Source: Basidiobolus meristosporus CBS 931.73 (taxonomy: Eukaryota > Fungi > Basidiobolomycota). From it: DNA of 64,000 bases. Below, in pieces: positions 12,761-26,341 of the stretch. The position numbers were made by a program, and so were the translations under genes. The DNA is taken from contig MCFE01000006.1 in the NCBI GenBank assembly GCA_002104905.1, forward strand, positions 204,250 to 268,249. Direction: 5' to 3'. The notes under the pieces were generated by a model, which did not search any database, was not told the DNA's origin, and saw only the letters and a program-made list of their open reading frames with translations. Numbering within the stretch: position 1 is the stretch's first letter; the number at the start of each line of letters is the position of its first letter.

Positions 12761-15700
12761 CTGCTTTAAGAGTCCTGGGAATACTGAAAGTGATTGGAAA
12801 AACAAGTAGATTAAGTGGTTTTCACTTAATGATTAATTGTGTGTAAAGCAAGATATACACTTTTGCTTGGTCTTGCAAAATAACCACATAAAGCATACTT
12901 AGAAAGGTCCCAAGAACATGAGTGCAAGATTTGGGGCAGCTGGGACAACTTTGAGAATAATCATGTTCTGGGTACCTTATATTTTGGTGAAAATACTCCA
13001 AGTAAATCCCCAGAAGGAATTTGGACAGTATTACTAAGACTTGTAGGTAATGGTCTTAGTGGCTAAGCTAGATCAATATTGGTAAAACTACAAGCTTTTA
13101 TAACACTGCCACTCAACTAAATGTGCGTACTGAATAGTCCTAATTTTGACCCAAGATATTCAAGTTTGTTTCTAGCTAATGATTTGGTAAATATGTCTAA
13201 AATCTTTTATTAGTAGGACAATACACAAAGTTAACTAAGTTACTCTCTACAGCTTCACATTTGAATTATATCTAATATCTGTGTGCTCAGTTCTGGCATA
13301 AAAAGTTGGATTTCTACCTAATTGTATGTATCCATGATTATCTTGTAATAAAGTAACAGATGTATCTTGACATAAGGCTAAATCTTGAAATACTTTCTTG
13401 ATCACATTGCTTCTTTTGTAGCTTCACAGGATGCCATATACTTTGCCTCTGTTGTAGAAAGTGTTACAATTGGTTGCTTTCTGGAACTCTATGAAATTGC
13501 TCCTTTACAGTAAAGAAAGGTGCACCCTGTAGAGGGTTTTCTGTCTTCTATAATTTCCTCCCAATTAGTATCCAAGTATCCACAGAATCCTGTTTTGGGT
13601 CCTTATAGGCGCACCTTAAGCAGATATCAACAGTTCCTTTTAGGTATCTAAAAATCTGGGTAACTGCTGTAATAAGATCAGACTTATAGTTCTGATTATG
13701 CTGGCTGGCAACTGCACTAAATATGAGATATCTGGGCATGTTGCAAGCAATATTGACATTAAACTGTTGACTATAGAATGGTAAGGGAATTCTGAACTTT
13801 CAGATGGCACCAAACTCTCATGATTTGGTTGAATCTTGACCAAGTTATGTTTTGTCTCCATTGATGTGGCTGCCAATCCATAGTTCTTTATTTGGTACTT
13901 CCTTAGTATAATTTGAATAGACTTCAATTGACTTAGATGAGAGTCTGGGTATCTCTGTGGAGATCTTTTTCCCCAAGTAGTAATTGTGTACTTCCAGATT
14001 AGACATCTTGAACTCCTTAAAGAGACTGGATTTAGTTTTTTCCAATGTTTCTTAGTTATTGGTGGCTGCAATAAGATCATTCACATATATGGCTTATAAA
14101 ACTAGGTTTACTCTATCTGGCTTATAGTAGATACTTTAGCAAACCATACTCCTTTGGAAATTCAATGATTTCAAATTTCAATTCCAGTCTCTTGGTGATT
14201 GTTTCAGGCCAAATAGAGGTTTTTTAAGCTTGCAGACCAAACAGGAGTAATATTGGTTGATAAACCTGTCAGGCTGGTGCCTGTACACATTCTCATCAAG
14301 ATCTGCATTACAAAATGCAGTTTTACATCTATCTGATAAATTAAAAGCTTATATTTGGCTGCAATAGCCAATATCAATCTGATGGAGTTGAACCTTACTA
14401 CCAGTTCAAAAGCCTCCATGTATTCAGGTCCTTTTGTTTAAGAGTATACTTTGGCCACAGGTCTTGCTTTGTATCTTTCAGTTGTACTATTAGTCTTGAG
14501 TTTCATCTTGAACACTCATCTGCATGCAATTGATTTTGGTTGATTAGCAATTTGACTAAATCCCAAATCTGATATTCCAGCTGGCCCAGAGAATCACCAG
14601 TCATTTCAGATCTCCATATTTTGTCTGAAGTCTATTTAGTGCCTCTTTCACACCCTGGGGATCATCAGTGTGGCCTGAATATGCATATGCTAAGTTACAA
14701 CCTTTGTTGATATAGCAATTTGGGCTATTTCTGGTCAGGTTGGATTTTCTAGCTTTTAATACTGAAAGGATCACATCTGAGATATCCCTGAGCACCAACA
14801 CAGGCTTAACCATGGTTTTAAAGTCCCCAGAAGTGAAAAGAGCTCTATTGTTTTGCTCTGATTCAATCTTGACTATTAGTGGACTGGAGATCAGATATTT
14901 ATCACTATCTGATGTATCTTTGATGCAAATTTGGAATTTCCATGACACAACACTTTCCTGGACTTGGTCATCTTCTTGGCTTTGGTATTGTAGAGTGTGT
15001 ATGCCTTACTCTCATTGTAGCAGCCCAAATACATGCATCTTACACTCATTGGCTCAAATTTGACTGATTTCCAAATAGGTTCTGAGCAAATGCAATGCAC
15101 CTGTATATTCTTAGATGCTATGTATCTGATCTGCATTCATACCATGCCTCAAGTGAAGTAGAATCACAGAGTATTTTTCTATAACCACTCTTTCTGAGAT
15201 ATACAGCTATTGCAATGCAAGAATCATTGTCTAATTTCTGATCATGGGTCATAAATCTTGTCATATCAGTTATTAATCTGTTTGCACATTTGGCCTCTCC
15301 ATTTTTCTGTGGGGAGTATGGTAAAGTGTGTTGTAAGAATTTGTATTTCCACCTGAATATTCACCTAACTTGTTCACTTAGATCATTACCTTCGATTCCT
15401 AGAGAATACTGACCAAATTCCTTGTCGGGATTTACTTACAATATTTTCACCAAAATACCAGGTACCCAGAACACAAAAATTCTCAAAGTTATCCAAACAG
15501 CCCCAAACTTTGCACACATATTCTTGGGACCTTCCTTAGCCCATTTTATGTGCTTGTTATCCCAAGACCATGTAAAAGTAGAAATACTACTTTTACATTC
15601 AATAAATCATTAAGTGAAAACCATATAATCTACTTGTTCTTGCAATCACTTCCAATAACTCCAAGACTCTTACAACAAAGTGGTCTCTTAATTTATCCCA

Positions 15701-17320
15701 TGAATTCTGACAAAGTGGATGAAGAGTTTAAAGGTATATTCTCCACCATTGTCAGAGCATATATTCTTGATTTTTTCACCAGCTTCTCTCTCCACTTTGG
15801 CTTTGAGCTCCTTGAGCTTAGACAGAGCTTCTTCCTTTCTTTCCATCAAGTGTACCCACATGTATGTTGTTTAATTATCAACAAAACTAAATAAATACTT
15901 TATCCCACCCAGGGATAAATTTTGTATAGGTGCACACAGATCTGGGTAGAGTATTCAGCAGTATTCTGAGGAGTATCAGAAGTAATGTGGAGCACCAGAG
16001 AATATACATGTTACTCACTTGTAGATTTATTGATCAGAAGTATGGTAATTATACTTTTGGTAAAGTAGATCAAACAAGTGTGTAGAGTTTGTTCAGGAAG
16101 ATCCCAAGAATATATGTGCAAAGTATGGGAGCTATTGGATAACTTTGAGAAAGATCACAGTTGGGGTACATGATAATATGGTGAAAATATTCCAAGTAAA
16201 TCCTAACAAGAAATCTGGTCAGGACAGAATGCTGATCAAAGAATAAGATCTATGTGTCTAGGTTAACATGAATACTTTGGTGACAACCTATTCATTACAA
16301 CTGAATGATCCAATTTTCTCTTAGTTTTGATCAGCCCAGAGCGCTTGAACAGCTGTCTGGCTTATTTTCCATAAATGCAGGCTTCAAAGTGCTCCAAATT
16401 AGCTGGGGGATCAGCTTTTACTCCAGAAATTGGCTAATCAAAATTGATGTGTACAAATCTACTCTGCCAAATCGTTGGTGTTTCTTCATTTAAGTTACAT
16501 ATGTTGGCTTCCAGATATGATGAAATATAAGTCAGCTTGTATAGATTCTGATCTCTGGTACCCAATGTAATGTGGGCACTATTTTGATCAGTGATCCTGC
16601 ATTCAGAATTGTCAAAATTGAAACAGAGTCCTTTCACTATGGCCTTGCTTACAGACAGTAGATTCTTGGTAATTTCTGCTACATAGAGTACTTCTTTAAA
16701 GGTAAGTGTGTGGCTTCCTTCACTACTTCTAAGATTCACTTGGATAGTTCTTCTCAAATTGCATCAAGTGTTCCATAGTCACCCATGAAAACTTTGTTGA
16801 TTGGAATATCTTGATATTGGATAAAAAGTTGTTTTTGGTGTGTGATGTGTTGAGATGCTCCATAGTCAGTATATCAGATCTGAGAGTCCTTGTTTCTGAT
16901 CATACTTAGGGCATATATGAATAGTCTATCTTCAATTGTTGCAGCATTTCCATCTTCAGGCTTGTTCTACCTACTATCTCCCTTTTTTAGGCACCTGTTT
17001 GATGCACATCCTTTCCTTTTGCAGTTGTTTCAAAACAGATTGCTGTTGCCTTTAAAGGACCTTGAGTACCTCCTTTGTTGGTTATCATTGCTCATTAAAC
17101 AGTTTCTTGTTCCTTCTGATTGGTGCTTAATTTTCTTTGCTCTTCATCCAGGAGCCTTCCATATACATAATTCAAAGTCAAATCTTCAGTTCTGGACTCT
17201 GGGGCTGATACAAGGTGCTGAAACTTGTCTGTCAGGCTATCCAAGCTGGTAACTATCACATCCTCATCAGTAGTTAGTACTCTCACAGATTCCATCTCAT
17301 CAATCAACTGTGTAATTCTT
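12760..17320 (-). mobile_element. Second, more decayed Copia element (gag-PR-IN-RT-RNase H plus degenerate 3' LTR)
   Basis: RT relics 'LVVRFNSIRLILAIAAKYKLLIYQIDVK' and 'SLMSILLATCPDISY', RNase H region ~13200-13500, homology to 1-1750, LTR-like 12760-13105. Confidence 0.85.
15329..15677 (+). repeat. Copia solo LTR with perfect 5-bp TSD (AAGTG), inserted into the integrase of a related element
   Basis: AAGTG at 15324-15328 and 15678-15682; TGTTG...CAACA termini. Confidence 0.9.
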
Positions 17321-18400
17321 GTTGTAAAAGCTCATAATTCCACCTAAATGTTCACCTAACTTGGTCACTTATATCATTACCTTCAAATTCTAGAGAATAC
17401 ATACCAAATTCCTTGTTGGGATTTGTTTAGAATACTTTTACCAAAATATGAAGTACCCAGAACATGAGAATTCTCAAGGTTGTCCAAACAGCTCCAAGGT
17501 TTGCATACATGTTCTTGGGACCTTCCTAAGCCTATTTTATGTGTTTATTATGCCAAGACCATGTAAAAGTATAAACACCACTTTTACGTTCAATAAATCA
17601 TTAAGCAGAAATCGCATAATCTACTTGACCTCTGGATGCCTAATACTTTGGTGAAAATACTCCAATTAAATCCTGACAAGGAATTTGGTCAGTATTCACT
17701 AAGATTTGTAGGCAATGATCTAAGTGACTAAGCTAGGTGACTATTTAGGTGGAGTTACTAAGTTCAACAAGTAAAAAATTTACAATAAAAATAAGGTATT
17801 TATATTTCTAGGAAGATTTTCCAGACTCTTAAAGAGAATGCTTTGAGAAAGGGCCCAGGAATGTTTGCCAAGTGTGGGGGATTTTTGACAAATTTGGAGA
17901 TATTGTTACCTCTATGGTCACTAATTGTAAAATCCAGTTAATATTGTAGTCAATAAAACTACACAAGTAAATAGTAACTTGGCAATAAGCTCACTGGAAT
18001 CTTATGTTATATGAATGGTCTAGGTGTAAACAAAGCATTTACAACACAAAGACCCCCAGACCTAACACATGCTTTTAGAACCTTCCTAAGCATATCCCAC
18101 AAACTTTGTTTGCCAAAACTATGTATATGTATAAATCCTACTTTACATTCAATAAATCATCCAGTGAAAATGACTTTGATTACTTGTTCTCCCAATTGCC
18201 TCCAACATCTCCAAGACTCTTAAAAAGCAAAAACCCACTCCACCATTTCTCAGGAGCATCAAGGGGAGATATAAGTAGGTGGAAATGCAACCACTTATAC
18301 TAGAGCCAAGTGCATATATACTTGAAGCAGCTTCATCTGGGAAGCTATAGTTGATTATGTGGCTTTCACTTGATGATTAATTGGATGTAAAACATTCAAT
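17320..18400. repeat. Cluster of partial or degenerate Copia LTR fragments
   Basis: Repeated LTR motifs (ttagtcacttatatcattaccttc, ttttacattcaataaatc, ctccaagactctt) in both orientations. Confidence 0.6.
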
Positions 18401-19250
18401 ATGTTTACGGTCCCAAGAAGGATGGAGATACAAGTTTGGAAATCCTGCAAACAACCAATTTAGACGGAGAAACCACGAAATATTAGGAAACCTGAAGGGC
18501 TTTCATTAATCATTGCGCACAAAATTCCGAGCGATTATTTTTCGTTGCCATTCCACCTCACCCGTTGCCCACCATTAGGGTGAAAGCCAGTGGCTAGGCT
18601 TCATAGGTATAGTACAGAGTAGATGGGAACTTACTTGATGAACATGGCATTCCACCTCAATAAGGCCCCATGTCCGGATATTTGGAAGTTGTAGATCTAA
18701 ACAAAATTGGGTGTGTGCTAGTTTTGTATAGCGTTCCGATGGTGCGGATCCGAGATATCCACTAGAGCGCTTATTGTGCCACGCGATTCACCATGAGATA
18801 CAACATATGCTATGTGGTGCTCGCTGAACCATCCCAACATCCGAATTTCATGACAGACAAGATATTGGGGCTTGATGGGATAAAAGTATTTGCATACTAG
18901 TGACCCTCAACATCACGACATAACCGTTCCCCACGTCTGGATAGGTCAGAAGGGCCAATGTTTGAATCATCACCCATCCGCACAGGCTTGGATACTGAAC
19001 AATAATACCTGATGCTGGCAAAGATGGCGCCAAGTCGGCCTCGAGATGTACTGGCCTACGTAGCAGCACCTACCAATGTTGCCTACCCAATTGAAACTGG
19101 TACCCTTCCCAACTAGCTAAGAAGTAAAGCGCAGATAGGGTCCAACTTCCGACGTTCCGTCTCCCAACCAGTAGAGCATGTACAGGTCAGCATAGAGCAT
19201 ATGGTCAATTCCCAACTTTATTGTACCACTCGGTCAGGAAAATGAGGGAA

Positions 19251-19867
19251 TTATTGGTCAGTCTTTCTTCTGGGGGCGCGACGACCACGGTTAGCACCAG
19301 GAACGAAAGATTGAACTGGAGCACTGACGGTGACTCCGGGAAGGTTCTCCATGTTGAGGGCCTTGAGGAGCTCCTTGGTCTCGGGATCAACCTCGATGTT
19401 GGAGACATCCAAAGCAGAGAATTCAGGGACGTAGTTGTCCTTACGCTCACGCTCTTCTTCTTGAAGCTTGAATGAGATACCGCGGACGGGACCACGTTGA
19501 ATACGCTTCATCAAATGGGTGGTGAAACCGGCGATCTTGTTGCGAAGACGCTTGCTGGCGATGATGGCGACCTCATCACAGATCTTCTTGTTGGTTTGGA
19601 AGTCCAAAGTGAGACGAGGGTAGTACTTCTCGATGATGACTCTGGAAGCCTTCTTAACGGTCTTAGTACGAACGCGACCCTAATACCAATGAGACGTTAG
19701 ACACAAGCGACCGAATGGACCTGGCCGATCAGTCGACCCCGGGATGGATGTATCGTGCGATTTCATAGATGACGGGGCGTCCAGGCCCCATCCACACGAT
19801 GGCACTCGCGCACGCGACATACGCCACCGACGGACCCCGACTGATCGTGCTCTTGGGGACTTACCAT
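19251..19867 (-). CDS. RPS17: 40S ribosomal protein S17 (eS17); exon 1 is the ATG alone, intron 19680-19864
   Basis: Spliced product [21 protein letters not shown]...[53 protein letters not shown] donor, CTAAC branch point, TAG acceptor. Confidence 0.97.
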
Positions 19868-20372
19868 TGTTTATGTGGAATACAGCAAAAGGATTGCTTG
19901 CCCGTAAAAGTAAAAGAGAAAGACTTCTGGCGAGTTGGCTCAGTCCTTTTGTTGCGACCGCCTAGTCCCTCCGTACCTCCCGGTTCGGCCCCGGGTATTT
20001 TTCTTTCGGGATTTCTTTTTTCAGCCCTGATTCGATGGATCGTGGGTGCCTCTGGGCGGGTGGATGGCGCCGAAATTCGGTAGATATCGACTTGTTTATT
20101 GCATTGTCCGAATAGCATGAATACATCTTAAATATACCGCAATAAAGCTAGGGGTTCATAGGGATGCCAACGAGGTGCTACAAAAGGGATGCTCAGTGGA
20201 GGGGTGGTTTGTAGGCACTGGGGTCCGCGGCGTGGTGGGGCGTCCCGGGAGAAATGGAGAATCTACGCAGGAGCTCCCCGCCACAATGCTCGCCGTTGGC
20301 AAATAGGGCCATATTGACTGAAAAACGTACATTTCTATAAACAGTTCGATGAAGGGACCGTTGCGGCGGGCC

Positions 20373-22626
20373 TCAGTTATTCACAATCTTGTCGCGGTAC
20401 TCGGCAATATTCTCGTGGGTCAATAACACCAAGTCACGCTTGGTGAGGGGCTTCTTGGTCAAGGGGCAGATGTTTCTCTGCGCATCCGAAGTCAAGCACC
20501 GAACCCAATTCTCATAGCCCATCACATGGCCGTAAGGGGAAATGGCGGGCTTCACCACTTCGTCAAGAGTAATGGGGTCAACGAAGCCAGGCAGTGGGTT
20601 CTCTGGATCATGATCGGCCTCCTCCTCCTCTTCCTCCTCCTCGGCTTGCTCGGATTGCTCTTGAACTTCTTCGCCGGGCGCGGCATTGCGCGCTCTAGTG
20701 CGTCGCGTGGTGTTCCAGGATGCATACCCCAAGACGCCCGAGTCGTTGTCGTCGTAATTATCGGACGTCTCCTCATCCTCATCATCGTCGTCACTGCCAT
20801 AGAAGTTTCGTCGCTTACGCTTAGCTTTGGTTTTGCGGATTGGACGGGAGCTTCCACCGCCCGACTCGCTGTCGTCAGCATTGGATCGGCGGCCTGTTCC
20901 GTGCTTCGAATGGGTTCGGAATGTATGCTCGACGGTGCCATCCTTTTTCTTCTTCTTGAATAGAAAGTGGGCCTTGCCTTTCTCATCCAGAACGTAATTT
21001 GGATCATGGATCTTGCTGGTTTCAATAAGATGGCGGTAGTAGTTGGAGCACTGATGGTAAAGCAGCGTTGAGTATCTAGTGACTACGCAGCAACCGTATC
21101 TTACTCACCTGGTACCCGACTCTGCCTGGGATGGTCATCGAGAAGATTCCCCATTGACCATTGGCCCCAATCTCTTTCAGACGGGCATGGAAAAGCTTTT
21201 GCTCTGCCGACGACCATTGGCCGGTCCTCTGCTCCTCCCCGGGCGCATTGAATCGGTAATAGTAGGCATTTGGGTTTTTGTCAATCATTCTGTAGGCTTT
21301 TATACGTGCCTCTGACCATCCCTTCATGGCGTCTTCAGGGTTGACCTTGTTCTGTTGGATTTGCTTCAGAGCATCATCTAGAGCCAGCCTCCCGCACCGC
21401 TGATATTTTCTTGGCAACAATGGTTAGCAATCATACGATTCCACGTTGTTGACTCGGTACTTACTGCTTCGCATCCGCAGTGGTGGACTTCTTGAGGGTT
21501 GAAGTACGCTTACGCACCAACTGCTCGTAAGCCTCCCTCTGCTCCTCTGTCATGGTTTGTGCTTTTTGAAGGACCATCAGGAATTAGAGCAGCCGAGAAA
21601 GGTCATGGATACGATGCTTACACTGTGCGGAAACGGTTTCCTCGTTTTTTTTCGCAAGTGCTTTACGCAATCTAGATAGATACCCAGGCTGGGCAAACTG
21701 GACGATCACTTCGTCCTGACGAGAGGCCGAGGAGAATCAGTATAACACGCATGCGGTTGATGCACTCTAGATGAAAACAATCCGAGTACCTCGTCGTTGG
21801 ACCATTGCTTTAACGCGTGCTTGATTTCATCATCTGAAAGATAATCGAACATCGTTCGAATCTTGCGGGCTTTCTGCTCAAACTCTCTACGCTCAAATTC
21901 AGCAAACTAAAGGTCGGGAATGTTGTTTAGGATGCCCCGTCTGGGTGCCGAATGGGAGCTCGTCACTTACTCGACGTTGCTGAATAGCAACCCGTTGGGC
22001 AATTATGTCCATCTCCTGCTCTGTAACCTCCCCGCTAAACATGTTGTCTTTACGAACAGTGGCGATCTCTTGGTTACTGAAAAGCGATATAAGTATTTCT
22101 GTAAATAGAACGATATTGAAAAAAGTGGGATTACCTCTCTAACGTAGACATGGAAGCACCCTCGGGCTCACACGCTTTGTATATGTATTTGCTGGGAGAG
22201 GGTGGGCCTTGACTGCGTAGTTGCTCCTAGAAACAGAGAGAATGAATCGTTGAGGAGCAGCTGAGAAAAGTCAGCCGACGTTTGGAGAAACCTTTAATTT
22301 CTGGAGCTTGTTCAGCCAGGTTTCCGTATAAAGACCGCAATAGATAGAATAGACCGCCTTTTTTAGTCTAGGTATATCACCGCTCTCTAAACCCGGTCGA
22401 ATGTGAAAAGAAAACGGTTAGGCTTGCGTGAAATGGCCAGCAACCAACAAGCCACTCCGAAACTACCTTCGGGGAAAAACTCCGAGCACTTTCGTTTCTC
22501 CTCCACCGTGGGCGAAGCGGCCTTTTCTTTTCCCTTGGGGGTTGGCTCTTCCTTGACGGCTTCCTTGACCTCCACCATTTCCAAAGAGACGTTTTCTGCA
22601 CCCTCTGCCATCATCACTTCCGACAT
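20373..22626 (-). CDS. Multi-exon protein with a Myb/SANT-like domain, an acidic linker and a C-terminal U-box/RING-like domain
   Basis: 'YYYRFNAPGEEQRTGQWSSAEQKLF...WGIFSMTIPGRVGYQ' and 'FVDPITLDEVVKPAISPYGHVMGY...ICPLTKKPL'. Exon boundaries only partly resolved. Confidence 0.75.
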
Positions 22627-23139
22627 GCTTTCTGTGTATTTGTGGCGGCAATGGTTCTCCGGAGACCCAATACAAAAAACAGGAGCAATCTCTATTTTCG
22701 ACAGAATGCGGAGTAGGCGTCCTTGTTTGTGTTTATAGTGTGAATCATTTTATGAAGCATCCAATCAAGACGCTTCCATTGGTCCGATGAGGAATCCACG
22801 CCCTTCTTCATGTCATATTGTTGAGCATGTGGGCCAAGTGAATTTCTGAGCCAAAATGCTGCGAACTACCTGAAGATCCTGATAGAATAGGCATGCCATC
22901 CTGATGGGTTTGGGTCATCGTCCATCCATTTAAGTAGAATACTACCCCGTATGAAAAGCTAATGTTTATTTAAGTAGAATTCAATTTCCAAACTAAGATA
23001 TACTCGATACAGATTCGGTGGAATATGCGAGATTCAAGCTTCTACTAAGGATTGCACCAATCCTTGCGATATTATATTACAGTACAGGCTGCATACCTCG
23101 ATGCGTTTTCTTTTCTGAGCACCGTTTAGCAGGATATCA

Positions 23140-25756
23140 CTAGTATGCCAATGGATCAGTGAAGTACCCGGTAGCCCTAGATACATATCCTTTGGGAAGC
23201 CATAAATACGGTAGCTCGCCAACCAACGCTGGATGATGGTAGGTGGTGTCCTCCATATCCAACACACCTGGTACCCTTGTGATTGATTGCCAAGCTTCTG
23301 CTCTGACCGAGGGGTCAAATGTTGCGGGCGAGACGGGGGTTGATTCCCTGGGGTAATAAGGGTCACTGAGGTCCTCGGACTCGGCAACTGCAGTGGCGTC
23401 CAGATCGCTGGCGACATCCAAAGATAGCACATTTGCGTACTCACCAAAGTTCTGTTCACAGAAGTATCCGAAGATCACTGAAATAAACACCAGAGGGAAG
23501 GTGAATCCGGAAAGCCATCTGACACCCTTGAGAAGGGAAAAGATAGCGGTCATGGTAAGCTGGAACAAGATCAGCCCCCAGAGCAAGCGCTGAAAAACAC
23601 AGGGCCAAATGCTTCCACCAGAGTCGTAACGAGTACGATAAATATAGACGAGGTGGTGACGATAGATAGTGAATCCGATCAAGAAGTACAGAGTGCCGAA
23701 CACCGTAATCAAAGGGGCGATGATCGAATAGGTGAGGATTACAATGAAGAGCAGCATTGGCATCGAGTACAATGACCCATAATTCACGAACACGGGGGAG
23801 AAATACTCCGAGCGGTCGCGTGGAGTTTGCCAGGTGAGTTTATTGATCCATCCAAATATCAAGCAATCGATGCGAGTCAACTCGACGAATGGCAGGACCA
23901 CAAAGCTATGAAGGATAACATAATTGATGAAGAAGGACGAGACCTGAGACGAGGGTTAGGATGTGCCGGAGATTTTGGTCTGCAGTAGATGATGCTTCCA
24001 TACCTTTGGCAATTCTTCGCCCAGTTTGTTCAGCAGCTTTCCAATCCAAGACAGCAGATCCTCCGGGTTTTTAATCCCTTCAAGTGCTTTGAAAGTTGTA
24101 CCGGCAATCATGAATACAAGAAGGATATTGATGAAGATGAACACAAAGTATCTAATATCCCATGTTACTACACATCAGCACGCAACGAATTTAAAGCCAC
24201 TTACTTGCTCATTTGCGCATTCTGAATACTGCTGTACGTTCGCAAGCCTTGGAATCTGGAGAGCCCAGCCATCAGATGTGGTACCAAACTGGAGAACCCA
24301 GCAACCGCTATCGTTGGAAGTGAGCCTTGAATAAGACCCAGGGTCCAAGGTGATAGGATTCTGTTGATATTCGGGAACAAACGCTCCAGGGTATTACTGC
24401 TGAGCAGACTGGAAATCAGTGCAGATGGTATGGTCCAGAACAGCACAATTAAAGTAACCGCAATGTGGACAAACAACGTGTGGAAATTCTTCTCCATCGG
24501 ATGGATAGTGGCATTGGGCCAGTAAATGTCACGAGGCTCACGGGCCATTCTGGTCACAAACTCATATGGCTTGTGGCTGTTGAGTGTCTGGGCAGCAATA
24601 TTGGCTGCGTTTTGAGTGGCGAAGGTTATGAAAGCTGAAGACGCAGGTGGATAATACTGGCTCCGTTTCTCGGTCACTTTTTGATCGTAAAACTGGAATT
24701 TTGAGTAATAGTAATCAAGAGCATCGACTCGGTTACCAAAAAGCCCCAAGAATCCTGTCCTGGTTGTTGGGCGTCTACTGGCTACTTGATCGAGATCGAA
24801 GGCATCATTGGACTGTGATAAAAGCGGCTGCTCCAGTGTAAAGTCGACCTCGGACGCAATCTCCGAGCTCGATCGTTGAGTCGACCGACGAATAAGCTTC
24901 ATATAGGTTCGCTCAAGCTTATCCAGGTATTCAAAGCGCTTCTTGAGCACAGCTTCCAGTTCACTGACCTCCCTATTCAAGACCACCTGATCTATGGTGC
25001 CAATGCTCAGACCGTTGAAATAGGCCGTTAAATTTTCCTCCGTCCGATAGCGAGATGGAATCCCGGTAACCAGAACGGTGCGCGATCGGATATCTATGGC
25101 AGAGTCTCGGAGAAACTGCTGGCGCAAAATAATGAATTTTCGATAGTTGCGGTAGAGCAGGTAGTATGCGAAGAACGAAAACATCCATGTGAAGACCATG
25201 TGCGTAATATAATATGGGCGTGTGACGCTACTCTGGTCCGAAGAGTCGTCCGACGACTGAGAATCCTCCCTCTTATCTGGTGGAGTAACCAAGTCAAGCG
25301 GAATGAGAACAAACACTGCCCAAAACATCAAGAAGCTGAAGAGGACTAGCCCCATCTTCCAAAAGCGAAGGCACTAGATAACACGTGAGTCTCCTGAATG
25401 TTCCGGTAATGTTGGAAGGTCCATAAATACCATGACTGCGTCTAAACCAGCGGAACTCATGATGTCGTTTTCCTTTATGCGATACAAGGCAGGAATCCAA
25501 GAAAATATCGTTCTCGGTAGAGGTGGCAGTGGGTTCTGCGGCCTAGAAATCGGGATGTTCTTAGAAAATGGGGAATATCGTAGGCACCTATGGTGCGCAC
25601 ATACCCTCTCCAACTTGTTTTAGGTGAGTAGAACTCCTTCCATCGGTTGCGCAATAAGCAAAAAAACAACACGCAAAATATGAAAACAGGGGTTGTGATG
25701 GTCAACTGGGTGATTAGAGGCGTGGCCTTATGCTTCGTATCCTCCGTAGCTTCCAT
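23140..25756 (-). CDS. CSC1/OSCA/TMEM63 (DUF221) family mechanosensitive cation channel
   Basis: Multiple TM segments, 'SRTVLVTGIP', 'SAFITF', 'AREPRDIYWPN', 'YSIIAPLI', 'YDSGGSIWP'; several introns. Confidence 0.92.
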
Positions 25757-26341
25757 TCTTTCCCAAATGGCGTAAAAAGGTCGGGCTATGGTACGCGCAC
25801 TTCACAGAACAGAATGTCCAGGAAAATGTTTAAAAGCAATCCAATATAAAAGAGATGGGCAGCAGTGATTTGCCAATAAAGCTTGTATAAGCCATGAAAT
25901 TCATTAAATCTTTCAAAAAGGAATATTTATAGTGTCGAATAATCATTTCGTATCACAGCATCAGATTAGTATGAATGTTGATAAAAAACACGCTGTACAT
26001 GCTTATGCGGTGCACTATTCGTTGCTTGGGTTCCCTGAGCAATCATCATTTGATAACACTCTAAGCACAGAAATACTCCGGCTAGCTCCCATTACGACTG
26101 AGAAAACCGGACATTAATCCGTTTGATGATATGAGGGTCAATATGTCTCGGAGAGTGGATCTTGAATAGTACTGACTATATGTTTACTTGGTATGATGAC
26201 GTTGGATATATGCACAATCAATCACTCACCGATGACGGATATCTGATTATTGTATGGTATGATGTAAGATTTAGATAGCAGTGTGCCCGTGCAAGACACG
26301 TGTTAAGTTGGTATCATTTAGCGACCAAGAGAGCAAAGGCC

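Noticed and set aside
1-18400. RIP as the cause of TE decay
   Set aside because: CpA/TpG remain abundant while CpG is missing, which points to CpG deamination.
19221-21025. Overlapping ORFs around RPS17 and the SANT gene (19221, 19497, 19744, 20526, 20552)
   Set aside because: Antisense or alternative-frame shadows of real genes in GC-rich DNA.
25962-26050. Possible minus-strand C/D snoRNA (ATGATGA...CTGA, ~89 nt)
   Set aside because: The boxes and length fit, but I found no convincing terminal stem or rRNA-complementary guide; needs snoscan or Rfam.
26124-26246. Two tandem TGATGA...CTGA segments on the + strand
   Set aside because: Each is only ~50-55 nt and has no recognisable guide.
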